A DNA stretch of 64,000 nucleotides. Source: Octopus vulgaris. Its lineage: Eukaryota. The notes beneath the pieces are model-generated. The model saw only the letters and a list, made by a program, of their open reading frames with translations. It was not told the DNA's origin and did no database searches. Below are positions 25,331 through 40,450 of this stretch, piece after piece. The translations under genes and the position numbers were made by a program. The DNA is taken from positions 24,862,001 to 24,926,000 of the forward strand of contig OX597821.1 in the NCBI GenBank assembly GCA_951406725.2, in the 5' to 3' direction. The first letter of the stretch is position 1. Each line of letters opens with the position of its first letter.

Positions 25331-25389
25331 TAATAATAATTAATCATTGCAACCCTGGTTGCACGTTCCTGACAAAGTCTCTTCACAAT

Positions 25390-25790
25390 TCATGATTTTC
25401 CATTTCTCTCAGAAACTGCACCTTATAGAGGTTTGTATCATATGAGACTTAATCAATGAATGTTCAAGCAAGTCATCCTCTACCTCATCTCCCATGAGTT
25501 GGTTCCCATAATAGCTTGTGTATAACTTCCTGCTTACTTCTCCAGCAATGTCCTGCAAATTATTACTGTCTTTGAACAATTTTAGTTATCTTGGGCAAGT
25601 TTCCATATAAACTTTCATTTGTAATATGTTGATGCCAGTTTATGTTTTACAGAACCCGAATCATTTTAATGTATGCACCATCTAGTTTCTTCTCAAATGC
25701 TTGTGTCAGGGTCCATGTATCTGATCCATACAGCAACCTCCACTTTTGCACAACAAATGTTTTTGGTTGCTTCTGCATTATGGACCAGTT
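25390..25790 (-). mobile_element. RTE-X-like LINE C-terminal fragment
   Basis: LLYGSDTWTLTQAFEKKLDGAYIKMIRVL..NINWHQHITNESLYGNLP..FAGHCWRS..LLWEPTHG. Confidence 0.75.
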
Positions 25791-26283
25791 TGAACTTGTA
25801 ACATATGAGTTCCTGAATGTGACTATGTTGCACATTCATCTGTGTGGTTTTCAAATCACATACAGAGTGAAGCAATAAACATGTCAACTACCATGTTACT
25901 ACCAACTTCAGTGTGTACCTTCCATTGCTTGAACTGCCTCTGTCATGTGATATACAAGCCACAAACTAGCATATATGTAAAAACTGTAACATTTTAACTC
26001 ACCTCAACTTATAAAAACTAGAGTTGATGGCATCGATTTACTATTCTCCATTCAAAACTATTGGTCTTGTCCCTCAATCAGAAACATTACTATTATTATT
26101 GAGTGGAAGAGCAATGCATGCCATCAAAGTGATACTGGGGTATAAATATACAAAGCCCAATATACCAGCACAAATCATGTACATGATAACAGATAACACT
26201 TCCAATCAGTTAAGATCAGAAGCCATAAGAGCCACTGCTTGATACTGCATCAGGGCATTATCATTTTCATTACTATTATTTAA

Positions 26284-26850
26284 GGTGGTGAGCTGGCAGA
26301 ATCATTAGCCCCGTTGGATGAAATGCTTAGCAGTAATTCATCTGTTGCTACATTCTGAATTCAAATTCCACCGAGGTTGAGTTTGCCTTTCATCATTTTC
26401 GGGGTTGATAAATTAAGTATCAGTTGAGTACTGGGGGGTGGGGGAAAATGTAATCGACTTAACCTCCCCTAAAACTTCAGGCCTTGTACCTTTAGTAGAA
26501 AGGATTGTTATTATTTATTGTCAATGTAAGCAACTAACCATGCCCAACAAATTTTCAGGCCTTGTGCCCATAGTAGAAAGGATTATTATTATTATTATGA
26601 ATTATATTAGCCTTTGTGACCAATAAAAGAATTTATTATTATTAAGAAGGAAGTGAACTGGTAGAATCATTAACATGCCACACAATATGCTTAGTGGCAT
26701 TTTGCCTGTCTTTATATCCAGAATTCAAATTTTGCTGAGGTTGATATTGCCTTTCATCCTTTTTGGGATTGATAAAATAAGTACCGGATGAGTGCTGGGT
26801 TCAATGTAATCAACTAGCTCCTCCCCCAACATTTCAGGTCTTGTGCCTAA
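26284..26850 (+). mobile_element. Two tandem Nin/Deu-domain SINEs (~26284-26505, ~26650-26850)
   Basis: Heads GGTGGTGAGCTGGCAGAATCATTAGC; cores TTGCCTTTCATC..GGGGTTGATAAATTAAGTA. Confidence 0.8.
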
Positions 26851-27034
26851 GTTTCCCAAACATAGAAAATTTTCTGTGTTTGGGTAGCTGGATACGTTCA
26901 TCAAAAAAGGACATTTAGATTAGAATTACCAAAGCCTAAGCTGCAATGAACAAAAATGGAAAAGATATGTAAGTTAGATCAACCTAGAAAAATCAAAATA
27001 CTCTTCAGAATATCAGTTGAGTTAGCAACTAAAT

Positions 27035-27633
27035 ATGTGGTTCAAAAAATATCGCTGATGTTGCAAGAACCTTGATGACCAGGCAAGGTCAGATGTGCCT
27101 AAAACCATGGATTCTGAGGCTGTGCTTCAAGCTATAGAAGCAAATCTGGTGAGTAGCACTTGGAGAGTATTAGATGAGCTTAGCATCTCGTGGTTGTATG
27201 CCAGTGTGCATCGAAAATACCTGGCATTGGTTAACAGAAAGCGAACTCTTCTGCAGCAAGACAATGCAAGACCTCATATTGCTTGAACAACACAGAACAA
27301 ACTCTAGGAACTTGAGGAAATCACCAAGCATATAGTCCAGACCAAACTATCTTGGATTTTACTTGTTCCAGTTCATGGCTCACTTCCTGTGCTTGCAATG
27401 CTTCATCAACTAAGAGGAGGTGGAAGTTCTTTAAAAGACCAGAACTGATAGAAGGAGTTCCTTGTTTTAAAAGATAAGAACTGGTAGAAGCGTAGGATCA
27501 AAGAACTGACAGAAAGGAAACTTCAGACAGTATAGCACAATGGCCTCTCCTTGAATGCTAGCCTGATTTTGTTAAATCTTGACAAATAAAGCAAGTAAGT
27601 TACCAAGTATTGAAAAACTTGACTCAACACAAT
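27035..27633 (+). mobile_element. Degenerate, deleted mariner
   Basis: RTLLQQDNARPHIA and AYSPD motifs. The terminus AAAACTTGACTCAACACAATA is shared with the 51010-51721 copy. Confidence 0.75.
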
Positions 27634-27854
27634 ACTACATTTTATCAACCTTGAAAGGATGAAAAATCAAAATTGACCTCAGTGGGATTCAAACTTAGAA
27701 AGTGAAGAGCCTGAACATTTCCCCTGATGGTTCTCTCAGCTTGCTGTCTTTTAAAAATACCTTATCATGATCTCTCTCATTCTCTTTTTCCTACTTTCTT
27801 TTTTAGTAACATGTCTCTGATAGGAGACACACATGTACACACACAACAATAACT

Positions 27855-27997
27855 TCCACTAACCAAATTCAGTTACAAGGCTTTGATCAGTCCAAGGCTG
27901 TTGCAGAAGACACTTGCCCAAGGTTCCACACAGTGGGACTGAACCCGAGACCATGTGGATAGGAAGGAATCTTTCTAATCACATAGCCATGCCTGTG
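27855..27997 (-). mobile_element. tRNA-derived SINE head
   Basis: ACACTTGCCCAAGG..GTGGGACTGAACCC..CACATAGCCATGCCTG. Confidence 0.7.
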
Positions 27998-29112
27998 CAT
28001 AGCTTGTAATGATAATGTAGTGTCTGTTAGGAAGATACATGGGATTTATATACTATTGATTGCTCTAAGTGGCCATGCAGATTACATAGAGAGAGGAAAT
28101 TAGTGTTGTAATACTCATTCACAAATGAAAATGACCTCAACAAGGTTCTGAAACCAGGCATGGGCTTCACTCACTGACTGTTCACCTTTAATCTATGGCT
28201 TTCTTCAAAAGGAAATGTGCAAGATTCAGTTTTCTAGTGTAGCAGAGTCAATTAAAGTGTTTCTAGTTTATTCTTATTAATTATTTTACTTTATATCTGT
28301 AAGCTGACCTTGGTAGGATTTAAACATAGACATACAACATAACAAACTAAAGATAACACACCATATATCTGAGTTGTGTGTCAGCTGCATCAAGTCACAA
28401 GCTATTTATACTAGTGATGATGATTCAGTATCAGGAACAGTACATTATGAAAGTGCCATTCGATTTCATAAGGTTTCAAAGTTTTCATTGCATAACGACC
28501 TAGTCATTGGTGCAGTTTTACTGCAATACAGTGTGTAAGTGACCAGGATGCAAATGTATAATGAATATGTTTACACTTCATAAAATGAATTAAAAGTGAA
28601 TATAGCAGTTTTGCATGTGATTAAACGGCTGTAATGATTATTCCCTTTTGTAATTACTTGTGTCAATGCATTGTCTCAGATCAAGTAACTTAAAAGACAA
28701 CTTTAATTTCGAAATTTTGAAAGTATAGTATTTAGTTTCAATCTAATTTTAAATCCAGTTAGAATCAACTTTACTTTTAATCTCACTAACATTTCCAGTC
28801 ATGTATTGGGATTGATTTTAGTGGCTATACGTTGCTCTTTAACAAATTTCTTGAGCTAAAGTAAGAAATTATTAATAATGATGATAATAGACCTTCAATG
28901 ACTTGATAGGTTGTTAATGTTAACCATTATTTTCCATGAGAGATGGTGTCCTAGAATTATTTAATTAGTTGTTCATTTGCTCTCACTTTGGCAAGTTATG
29001 ATGAGGCTATACTCATGATATTCAATCAAGCCAAGATACATCTGGAGATATCTTCCATACAAGCTAGAAGATGTAAAAAAATATTATTCATTAACATTTT
29101 TTTTCTCAACAT

Positions 29113-29612
<500 letters not shown>

Positions 29613-31289
29613 ATTAAAAAAACGTTTATCTTCCATTAGCTTTTTAATGTTTTGTGCTTTAAAGATACTTTCTCCCACTTCAGTATTGTAATCTTTGATT
29701 ACTAAAATCTCAGAATCAACATCAATCATTTTGATTAATGTGAGTTAACATGTTAGCAGGTGGAACTGTGTACCTTACTTAAGGCTTGTGATAAAACATT
29801 TGCTTTCTACATATAAGCTAAGAATCTGTTTCACTACACCCTTGGTTATTCTCATTTTTACACAACACATACACACACACTCTCTCTCATTCACTCTCTC
29901 TCTCTCTCTCTCTCTCTCCCAGTATTTTAGTACCCATCCAGAAACAAAAGCAAATCACCATCATCATCGTCGTTTAACATCTGCCTTCCATGCTGGAATG
30001 AGCGGGATGGTTTGACAAGAGCTGGCCAGGCAGAAGCCTGCACCAGACTTCTGTAACTGCTTTGCCCTTCCTGACACCAACCACTCAGTAGAGTGGACTT
30101 AATGCTTTTTATGTGGCACAAGCACAGATGAAATCTGTTTTGGCAAGGTTTTTACAGCTGGATGCCCTTCCAAATGCCAACCACCTTACAGTGTGGACAG
30201 GGTCACAAGAACTTGCAAGACAAAAAAAATAAAAAGGAAAAATTAATTTCAACAGCAAACATTAGCATCATCCTTCACTGTGTGGTACCTTGAGCAAGTG
30301 TCTTTTCCTGTAGCCCTGAGCCACCAAAAGTCCGTCATATATCTATCTATGTTTCTGTGCATTAGTGTGCTTGTGACTCCTTGTCTTGACATCATACAAG
30401 TGAAGTCTCACGAAAACATGTCCAGACATGGTGAAATATTATATCACCTGGAAACAGGTAAGGATTGGTGACAAGACATCCATCTGACCATAGAAAATTT
30501 GCTTCTGTGAATTTTTTTCTGATCCATGCAAATATGGAAAAGTGGAAATTAGAACAACAGTAATGATGACACTTTTGTCTGCCTTTTTCTTCTTTCTTCT
30601 TCCTATCAATACCCCTACAATTAATCATCATAGTTCTTAAGATGTATGTGAAATATATAAAAGAAGACTTAAACATTCTATAAATGTTTATATTTTTGTC
30701 TTAATTCCTACTATATTTTCACCATTTGTGGTTGCTTAGATGTCATAACCAAATCTCCTTGAAATCACACTCAGTTTAAAAAAGTTATTTGCATAATTTT
30801 ATGATGTATCTCAGGCAACAAGGTTAAAGTAGATGATGAGATGCTGAAATGTTTCTGGCTTTAAGGGTCTCACAAAAGGCCTGGTGGAGGCTCAGATTTC
30901 TAAGTTCTTTTACAGGGCTTAGAAAAACTGAAGGACCACTGAAACAAGTATGTGAATCTAAAACCTGTGAGGGGTATATGCTGAATAAAATCATAATTAT
31001 CTGGTCCTCCTCTATTTTCTTTTGCCCAAAACCAGAAACTTTTCAGCACCCCCTCTTTGTAAGATAACAGGATAATGCCATTAGTAGGAGAGATTAGGAA
31101 AGACAATAAAAGACAATAAGAGGCAGTAAAGTATAAGAATGTATAAGGAGGTTGACAGATAGATTGATTGATTACCCTACATTTGGTATGTAACCTAGAG
31201 CAAGTCTTCTTGCTGGGTGTTATAGTTTATTTCTTATGAACACTTCTGAATCAAAGATTCCTTATTTCCTTAATGTTAACAAGTGCCAG

Positions 31290-32520
31290 AAGCAATAAAT
31301 GTGTTTCCAGGCATCTGCCATGCAACAGTGGTTCAAGTTGGGTGTTTTTCTCCTAATGAAGTGTGCCTCTGTAATCCTAAGTCTGATAGCATCTATCCTC
31401 CCTCTCTAGTGTCTAGGTAGAAAAATCTCCTTCACAGTGTAGGTTGTGTCAGAATAAAACACTGGGTGGTATGAACTTGTAGAAATGCTCTTTCACTCCA
31501 TGGTAAAGGTGTCTGTTAGTTGATCCTATGTATGTCATACCATAGGAACGTCATCTGATTTACCCTATTTGATTTTAATCACAGCCAGACACCGTCCATT
31601 GGCTGGATCATTCTGACTGGGTATTGATTTAGGGAGCATGCATTCGATGTGTCATTGGTGGTGGTGATATGTGAGTGATAGTTTCTGAGTGTGACCCTGT
31701 CTCATGATTCTAACAGGGACGTCAGATCTGACACTGTTTTTTAATTTATTTTCAATCATTTTTCCCTAATATAACAAGTCAATGTAGACCCAGTGTTTAT
31801 TCTTTCCCCATTTCTTCCTTCAGTCATTCTCTTTGTATATATTGATAAGTTTGCCACGTCTTTGGTCATTTAAGGCTCCAATCTCAACAATGCCAGTCCA
31901 GTCATTACATTGCTGGTTCTGTTGTTGTTTCTGATGTTGTTGTCACCAGCTTATTGGTCATTCTTGGCACTAGCTCTGCTGCTATACATCTGTACATTAT
32001 TGGTGACTGTCATTGATGTGGATTTTGTTCTGTTTGGCCTCATGGACAGGTCCCTTGTGGTATGCATGTGCTTGTATGTTTACCATGTCCCACACCTTTT
32101 CAACGAAACGTTGCTTGTATACCCTTAGAGACAACATTTTAACAAAATCTATTCATGCTGAGTTCTCTATCAGGTAGCAGGTTGAATTCAATAATGGCCA
32201 CATTGTGTTTCAATGTTTTTGGATACACCAAATCTGAGTGGAGGAAGATGATTCTTTTCGTCTTTTTCCCAAGGAATCAGATTTTATCTGCCCTGAGGCA
32301 AAGGCAACGTTGAAGTCCAAAAGGCTTAGTGGGCCATTCATGGCTGGGTATTCAATGTTAAATTTGATGTTGTAGTGGGTGCTGTTGAGGATATCAAGGA
32401 TCCTAGTCACTTCATCTCTGGAATGGGTTAGTATAAATGCATCATCAATGTATCTCCAGTATGACATTGTGTGCTATCCTGCATAGAAGGCTTTGCATTC
32501 CAAGTTGTCGGAGTCTTGAT
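31290..32520 (-). mobile_element. Degenerate Penelope-like element (RT C-terminal part plus GIY-YIG)
   Basis: ORF 32210-32467 has YWRYIDDAFI..LNSTHYNIKFNIE..LSLLDF (PLE RT). Near 31300-31550: MTYIGSTNRHL and RITEAHFIRRKTPNLN (GIY-YIG). Confidence 0.8.
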
Positions 32521-32801
32521 TTATATTGTATGGTATCTGATATACCTGTATTTGTCTATGTTGTATAAATACTTTCCACTGGCTTCTCTGAGTTATTTCT
32601 CTCAGCTCATTTTTGTTTAAATTATGCAAATTACTTGGATCATAAATGTATTCTACTCTTGTTTCATCTGTATTAATTTAAGTCCCTTGGCTACAGGAAA
32701 TAATTCAGAGAATTGTCATACTAATGACAGCTATTGAGCCAGAAAAAAAGATGTCCATACAATAAGGCAGTTCCTTTCCTTAATGGTATATCAACTTTGG
32801 G

Positions 32802-33040
32802 GAGGCAGCGAACATGGCAGAAATGTTAGCACACTGGATGAAATGCTTAGCGGTATTTTGTCTGCCGCTACGTTCTGAGTTCAAATTCCACCGAGGTCGA
32901 CTTTGCCTTTCATCCTTTCGGGGTCGATTAAATAATTACCAGTTACACACTGGAGTCGATGTAATTGACTTAATCCGTTTGTATGTCCTTGTTTGTTCCA
33001 TCTGTGTTTAGCCCCTTGTGGGTAGTAAAGAAATAGGTAC
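32802..33040 (+). mobile_element. Near full-length Nin/Deu-domain SINE with a 12-bp TSD
   Basis: Core GTCGACTTTGCCTTTCATCCTTTCGGGGTCGAT. TSD ATCAACTTTGGG at 32790-32801 and 33041-33052. Confidence 0.88.
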
Positions 33041-36000
33041 ATCAACTTTGGGTAATTCTTGAATTGAAAAATTTCACCCACTTCTCATTTGGAATTGGTC
33101 TTAATTGCCATTTGGTAATTATGACACTTCTTCTTGAGGTGGAGATAATTTGATAAATTGAGAATTTATGCGGTATGGTATTTGATTTTTCTGTGTTTGT
33201 CTTATGTTTTTAAAAAAAGTATATGTTGGGTAATGTGATCCAAGGTTCTCTACACATTGGAAAAAGGTATGATGGTCATGGTTGGAATGTCTTTGATCAA
33301 TTGTCTATATAATCAAAGTTGCACTGGAGGTAAACAACAGCAGCCATTTGTATATTTTCAAAATAGTAATATTGAGTTGTTTTGCTCAATTAAAAAAAAA
33401 ACAAAAAAAAAAACAGTGTTGTCTTATGAAAGATATTTTCATCAAGGTTTTGTTCGTATTATCACTTTATTATATATCAACTTTCTTACATAATAATATA
33501 ACAAATTATTATTATTATGATAACAATGACAGTAATTTCCTGCAATTATTTTTCTTTACAGTGATAAGTAGCTGCTTTTTACTGTGGGGGCTTACAGCTG
33601 ACGTTTATAAAAGCCTCCGGTCATTCCCCTCAAAATTCTACTTGTAAAATTGCCTCCATCATATCCAACAAGCAAATGTTGTTTACAACTTTTCTTTACT
33701 TTTATATTTTTATATTCTATAAGATAGACAAGCAATTGAGACATATCATTAGAGAAACAATGAGCTAAACACAGTTTCTTTTATCAAATACTCTAGATAT
33801 ATTTCCTATTCTTCAACAATAGCCTAATGATGGACTGGTACGATATAAAGCCATTCAAGTTGTCTCAACTCTTTTTGCCAATTTTCACAACCTGGCACTT
33901 CTTTCTAACTGCTGTTTTGTTTAAGATTGTTAATGGCTGAATGTATCGAGAGCTCTATGAGTGGGCCTTTCCCCACCCTTCAACCAGTTTTATCCATTCC
34001 TGAATTTGCATATCAGATGTAAGTTAACAATCAGTGTTTAATGCATTGAGAGTCACCACCAATCAGGATGTGGATCTTCTCGTCTCTTATTGACTGTCAT
34101 CATTTCATTCACTCACAACAAGAATCAAACAACGATCAACACTTGCTGTTGTTGTCTGATAATACCCCCTACACACTTATCGTCCTCCAGTCTTTCCTCT
34201 CTTACCTCTTCATTTCTTTCCCTACTCTCCTGCATATCCAAATATTTTTTTATCAGTGTTTTTACCATTTTTCTCATTCATATTGTTTTGACCTCACTTC
34301 TCAAAAAATTGACAAAAACACTTTTCTTTTTCAATTTTTTTCCTTTCTTTTTCTTTTTTTATATAATTTAAAAGCTGTGTTTGATTCATCTCTACTTAGA
34401 ATTGAAATTCAGGTGGGTAGATTTTGATGCTGTAATCTACCGTGATGATGTAGCTCTAAGGCATTGCTTTTAATGTATTCTGCAGCTGCAACTGCTGCTT
34501 AAAGCAGCTGCAAGAATAATATGCATCTATAACCATTCAGGCTTTCGAAAAAGGTTTCACTTGGCCCTTCGAATGGGTCATGCAAGAATCTACTGTTTAG
34601 TCTTGTGTAACCAACTTGAACAAATGCTACGTTTCCTTATTAAGCCCAATTAAACTGCCAGTTCTGTTAGCCAAGAAAGAGTAAGCTATTTACTTTCTCT
34701 AGCTCTACTGGAATAAAGTGTTACTAGCTACTATTGTCATAGCTCTTGTACAGATCCTTCTCAGAATCGTTTGAGTGCTCGCCACTGATTAATTGTAACA
34801 ATCTTAACAAGATGGGAACTGCAAGTGCAGACACAAAAGAATTATTAATATAGCATGCCTGTCCTTCACTACAAATAGACCAGCATGTGTCTATAGGTTT
34901 TAATTCTGAAAAAACACTCTTCACTCTTTTGACACTGTCTGCACTATAGTTTAACCCTCTTAATTCTATTCTAAGTAAATTATATTTTCTTTCACTTTTC
35001 AAAAAAAAAATTGGCTGCATTATTGTTGATATTTTATCAGGTTCTGCTAAGATGTGCAGCTGTTGTGCAGTGTTTGCTAAATTCCAATCATAAACTGTTT
35101 AGATATGAAGAATGTCAAGTTCTTATTTGCATATTAAATACTTGACTAAGTTTGAGCTGCAGTTTTCCTACCATACATACATGCACATGCACACTTGCAC
35201 ACATTTATTGACAATTTTGGTGATTTCATTATATAATTCTTTATATAATAAAATAGTTTATTGTTATGAATTTACTTTATAATTGTTCCTTTGTTAATTT
35301 TCTTTGGTTCAATTATTTGTTGAAACTTATAAACCAGATCATATCTAAGTTTTCATTTTTGTAAAACCATATTTTCGATCTCCGCTTTACAGATATTCTT
35401 TCTTGTTTGGAATGAATTTTCCATTGTATCTGTTTAGAGTACTATAAGTTTAACTCCTTTTCTTTTAATTTTCTGTAATAATTATATTCAAATTTTAAAG
35501 CTGTGAATCTATTCTAGTTATTAGAAACTATAAGTCTTTTTACCTATAATAAGTAGGATTTTTAGAAAGTATTTATTTTCAAAGTTTTTCTGCTAAATAT
35601 AATTAAATTACAAACATTTTGTCTAGTTGCATATATTTTTTCTTTTAACTTAGCTAATTGTCCTAAATTAATTGTTTATGTAAAATAACTGGAAAATTTA
35701 TAAGTTAATTTGGTTCTTAAATTAATTAAAATAACTTCAGTTACTTTATTTTTATCTCCCAGTTTTTAAGATACTGAGCAGTTAGTTTCAGTAAAGATAT
35801 TAGATTCACCTTGACAAAACAAGTAAAAAAGTATTGAAAAAGTTAAGCATTTAATAAATTCAGTATTCATTACTGTTTTCATTTTAGCTATTGGATTTAA
35901 CTATCAAATATCTAGTTTAAATCTAGTTTATAAATCTTTCATTTTATGGAATTTTATCCTACATTTTAGTAGAGTATATTCATTATCTTTCATTATCTAT

Positions 36001-36085
36001 GTAGCAGTATCTTTAACAATCTGTAATTAAATACCTGGTCTATATATATATGTCTCTGTGTGTGTGTCTCTCTCTCATATATAGA

Positions 36086-36143
<58 letters not shown>

Positions 36144-39100
36144 GATATTTGCATGAATAAATTTATAGCATCCAGAAAATATGTATATGAGGGAGTTATG
36201 ATTCAAGATGAGGAAGGCATTTGTTGATATGTGGTGTAACCTTTGTGTTTTGTATCTTACATGTGCTCAATGCTCTTCTGTATTTCTTTCATTATGACAT
36301 AATTGGAAACATTTTCATTCATAATAAAATGTAAGAATTTCATTTCTAAATAATCGAATGAAAGTAAACTTTCTCAAGTGTTGTATATGCGTTGTCATTT
36401 ATCTTTTGAAAGAATACTATCTGAGGAATAATAAACTTGTATATAATCCTGCCAGTTCAAAGTAATTTTTGATTTGATTGTGCAGATACCATATTAAAAT
36501 TTAGTCCAAGATGACTGACTGTTTAAACTTAATTAAACATCGTATGATTAACAAAATTTCTTGAATTGATTATTGGTATTCATCATTTTCCAACATTAAA
36601 TTCTAACTATCTGTTCTGGAGGTAAGCTATTTAAAAATAGTGTTGTAGCTTTTTTTCTTTTAAAACATTTCAAAATTAGCTTGGTGGGGCAAGAATTCTG
36701 TTTAAGGGAGCTAAATCAGAGAACTGTTTTATAGTTATCTCCCTTCTACTCTAAAATTGATGATTCATAGTTTATTGTAATGTCTAGTTTATTTTGCTAT
36801 TCACTGGAGGACTCTAGTTCTTAACCATCTCTTAATGATATCGACTATATCTATATTTTTGGAACATGATCAAATTTTGAAAAGGATCGCTCTAAGGATT
36901 TAATCTAAATCTTATAGCAATATCTTAAATGACTTTAAGGATTGGTCTTTTCAGCAATGTTACTCATTATAGAACATCAGAATTTATGAAGTTAAAAGAA
37001 CTCTAGAACAATTTCAGCATTTAATTAACAAGATTACTTTAAAGTTATTGCCTTTCAACAATTAAATGGATTAACATTGTTACTTAAACATAACTAAAGT
37101 AAGTGAAAATGAAGTTAACAAGTAAAGATGTATTTATCAAAGATTTTGTATTAAAATTATCTGAAATTTTAAAGTACCTAGCCAAAGCTTAAGTAATATT
37201 TCATTTCATATATATCACTAACTAAACGTTCACATCAATAAAATAGAAGATTCTTCATAAAAATTTGTGATTTGAACTATTACTCCTAAATTTGAATCTT
37301 AACTGTAAATTTGACTTTGCTTAATATTTCAGTAAAACAATGGTTTATTAACTTTAAAATGGCAATAAACACATTCAGAATTCAAAACGTAAAAGTTCCA
37401 AGCATAGAACTTTAGCCTACCGTTTAACTTATGAGATGTTCTACTAATGAATTACAATTAAGGAATATCTTGCTATCCAGACAAAGAAAAATCTCAGCAA
37501 AGGATGTAAATATTATTTATATGACATGTCTGTAATAACAGTGCATTTTGATAAATATTTCATACAATTTAAAGATTATAATATTTGATATGAAAAAACT
37601 ACTTTTATTTCCATACCATCTGAAATATTGCAACATACTATCACACAATAAAGTTTATAACTAAGGAGAAATATTTCAATAAAGAGAAAAAATTTGCAAA
37701 ACTGTGAGTAGACGAGTCATTATCCACATTAAATGTTTAGTTTATTCAAGTGTATTTAGTAGTTACTTGAAATTTTAACTCTTTTTTTTTTTTGATATTT
37801 TATTTTATCATTTATTCAAATCTTATTGAATATCTGAATTGCTATACATATAATTTCGTAGCTGTCTCAAAACTAAACTCATATCCCCAGTGAGAAATAT
37901 AAAGAAAAAAATATCTTGGTTTTCAAAGCTATTTTATTTATTATTTTCAATAAGATGTTTTAATGTTACAAATGTTCGTCATTTTCAGTAAGCAGATTAT
38001 TTTATCAATACATGCTAAACTAATTCCACAGAGGAAGCACTTTCAACTAAAAACAGAATATGAAATTTTCTGTTAGAACAAGAATATCTTTGAAAATACT
38101 TTCCTTGTTTATCAATATACTACATGATTAGATATAATTCTAGAAGATTATGTTCTTACATATTATTCAACCAATTTTAGTAAATAAGTGACTGTATTTT
38201 CAGATGCTTTACAAAAAAATGACATTTTTTCTGATATTTACTTGATTTTTTTTTTTTTTTTTTTTTTACTATAACTCTCAAATGGCTCAAGTCATCCGGT
38301 GAGAAGGTTTCATAACTGAATCTTGATTTCTGTGCACTGGAGTTATATCTGATTCATTTCGATTTGTTGTTAGATCATGCATGATAAATTTTTCTATTAT
38401 CTTATATTAAGTCTTTGAGTAAGTAGTTGTCCAAGTTATTTGTCAAGCTGTAATTTTCCCTCCCTCTCATACTTTCTCTTTGTTTCTGTTAGTTTTGTTT
38501 AGGGCCTTAAATTGTTTCTCTGTTTACCCCCTGTGACCAGCTTATCGTGTCAAAACTGAACTACCAGATATCCAGCGCACAGTATGTTAGGCCACCAGCT
38601 GCCGTTGTAAGGATCCTCAGAGCCAGTTTTCATCCATTTCACTTCAATTGGTTATTGTGCATTTTACCAGTTAAGAATTACCCGCCCACTCAATGCCTAG
38701 ATTGTGGCTATAAGTGAAGATAATTATATGTTACAAGGAAACTTGATCTTCCCATTACAGACTTAGTTCAGAAATGTTCAGTCTGCTGCTCTTTAGTATA
38801 GACCATATACTCTTAGTCTTCTAAAAGATGCATTCCATAAAATTTATATCTTTCTCAAGTTCATACAACTTGGAGATTTTAAAAGCCTTTACTAGTAATC
38901 ATATAATTAAATATAAGTCTAAAAATAAACTAATAAAAACAATTTTTTTTTTATATTTGTCAAAAGTTTGATATATTTCTTATCATTTGCTTCGGCAATC
39001 AAGGTATTTTCATATATCTACCCTCTCTCGTACATAAGTAAGAATTGCAATGAAGACATTCAAAAGACCCAAGTTTGAAAATGGACTACAAAGCACTCCT

Positions 39101-40099
39101 AATTTATCTTTTTCTCTTCTAAATTTAAAAACAATTGAAATATATACTTTCTTTACAATGACTTTCATAGAAGTTAAAAATCTTTCTCCAGTCTACTTTC
39201 CAGTATGTTTAAATAAACCTGGCCTTGACTCATCCCACTTGTCATCTACCCCTTTCCTCATGCTATCATATTAAATAAGTTGATAGATATTCTTTGTGAT
39301 AGCCTTTTTTTAGCCCTACTTTTTTCTCTCCCCCACCTTTCTCTCTACTATAACTTTTCTTCTTACATTCACCGGGTTTGTTAAAGTAGCTGGATTTTTT
39401 TTATTTACTTTGAAGCACTATTATTTATCCTGATTTAGAATGCAGTCAACGCAAGATACAGTCACACCAAATCTTTAACTGTAAGTTAGGTAGTATTGTG
39501 AATAGATTTAGAATGAATAACTTATGAGGTAAAACTATAAAATCATAAATTGATGTGATGTGATTAAACAAAGTGATTCTAAAAGTAAAATTCTTTTTAT
39601 TGTATCAGCTAAATTATAACCTTTGATGATTTAATTTTTCACACAAACTCTAATCAGCAAAAGAGACACATATACACACATGCACACACACACACATACA
39701 TACACACACACACATCAGTACATTTTTAGGTAAGTGCTAGTTATTCATTTAGGCTCAAAATAAATCTCTGAGCTTTGGCTGCTTCATTTTATGCAGTTTC
39801 ATCAACTATATGATTATTAAGTTATCACTGATTATTTAAAATCAAGCCAACTAATTTCAAGAATGTTAATGCTATTTCAAGTATCTCTCAATCATTTTCA
39901 AGTTCAGCATATTTGTAAAATGCTTGGACAAATAATATATAATTTATATATATATATATATAATAGTTTATTTTTAAGAATAGTTTAGCAATAGTGAGTA
40001 GCTTATTTTTGTTGAAAAAGAAATCAAATTGCATGATGTTATCTATAAAAATAATTAAAGCAATAACATTTGAGTGAGTTATATGAACATTTAACCAAT

Positions 40100-40450
40100 C
40101 AACAACTGGCTTTTAGTAATGTATAATAGATCAAATTGAATATGTTTAGCAAATCATGGTTTCCAACGAAAGATGAGTTCTATGGAAATATCTCCAATAT
40201 ATCATTGATCATTCAAGAGCAGAAGACAAGATATACTACTCATTGCTATCGAAGCAATGATGAATTAGTGAATAAGCTCCTTCTGTAAATCCCAAGCCAT
40301 ATGAATTCTCATATTAGATGACCCAGAATGATGTACATTGATCAAATCTCTTGCAATGTCAACTTACAAACAGTAAGCCTCAGAAATGTCATGGGAGACA
40401 GGAACACTTGCAGAGACGGTGTGGTTTTGATCTAAGGAACCCATCCGAAG
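40100..40450 (+). mobile_element. Old RTE-X-like LINE 3' fragment
   Basis: HCYRSNDELVNKLLL..PRMMYIDQI..LRNVMGDRN. Confidence 0.5.

Noticed and set aside
34724-35020. 98-aa minus-strand ORF in the TE-free island
   Set aside because: No recognisable motif or supporting splice pattern.
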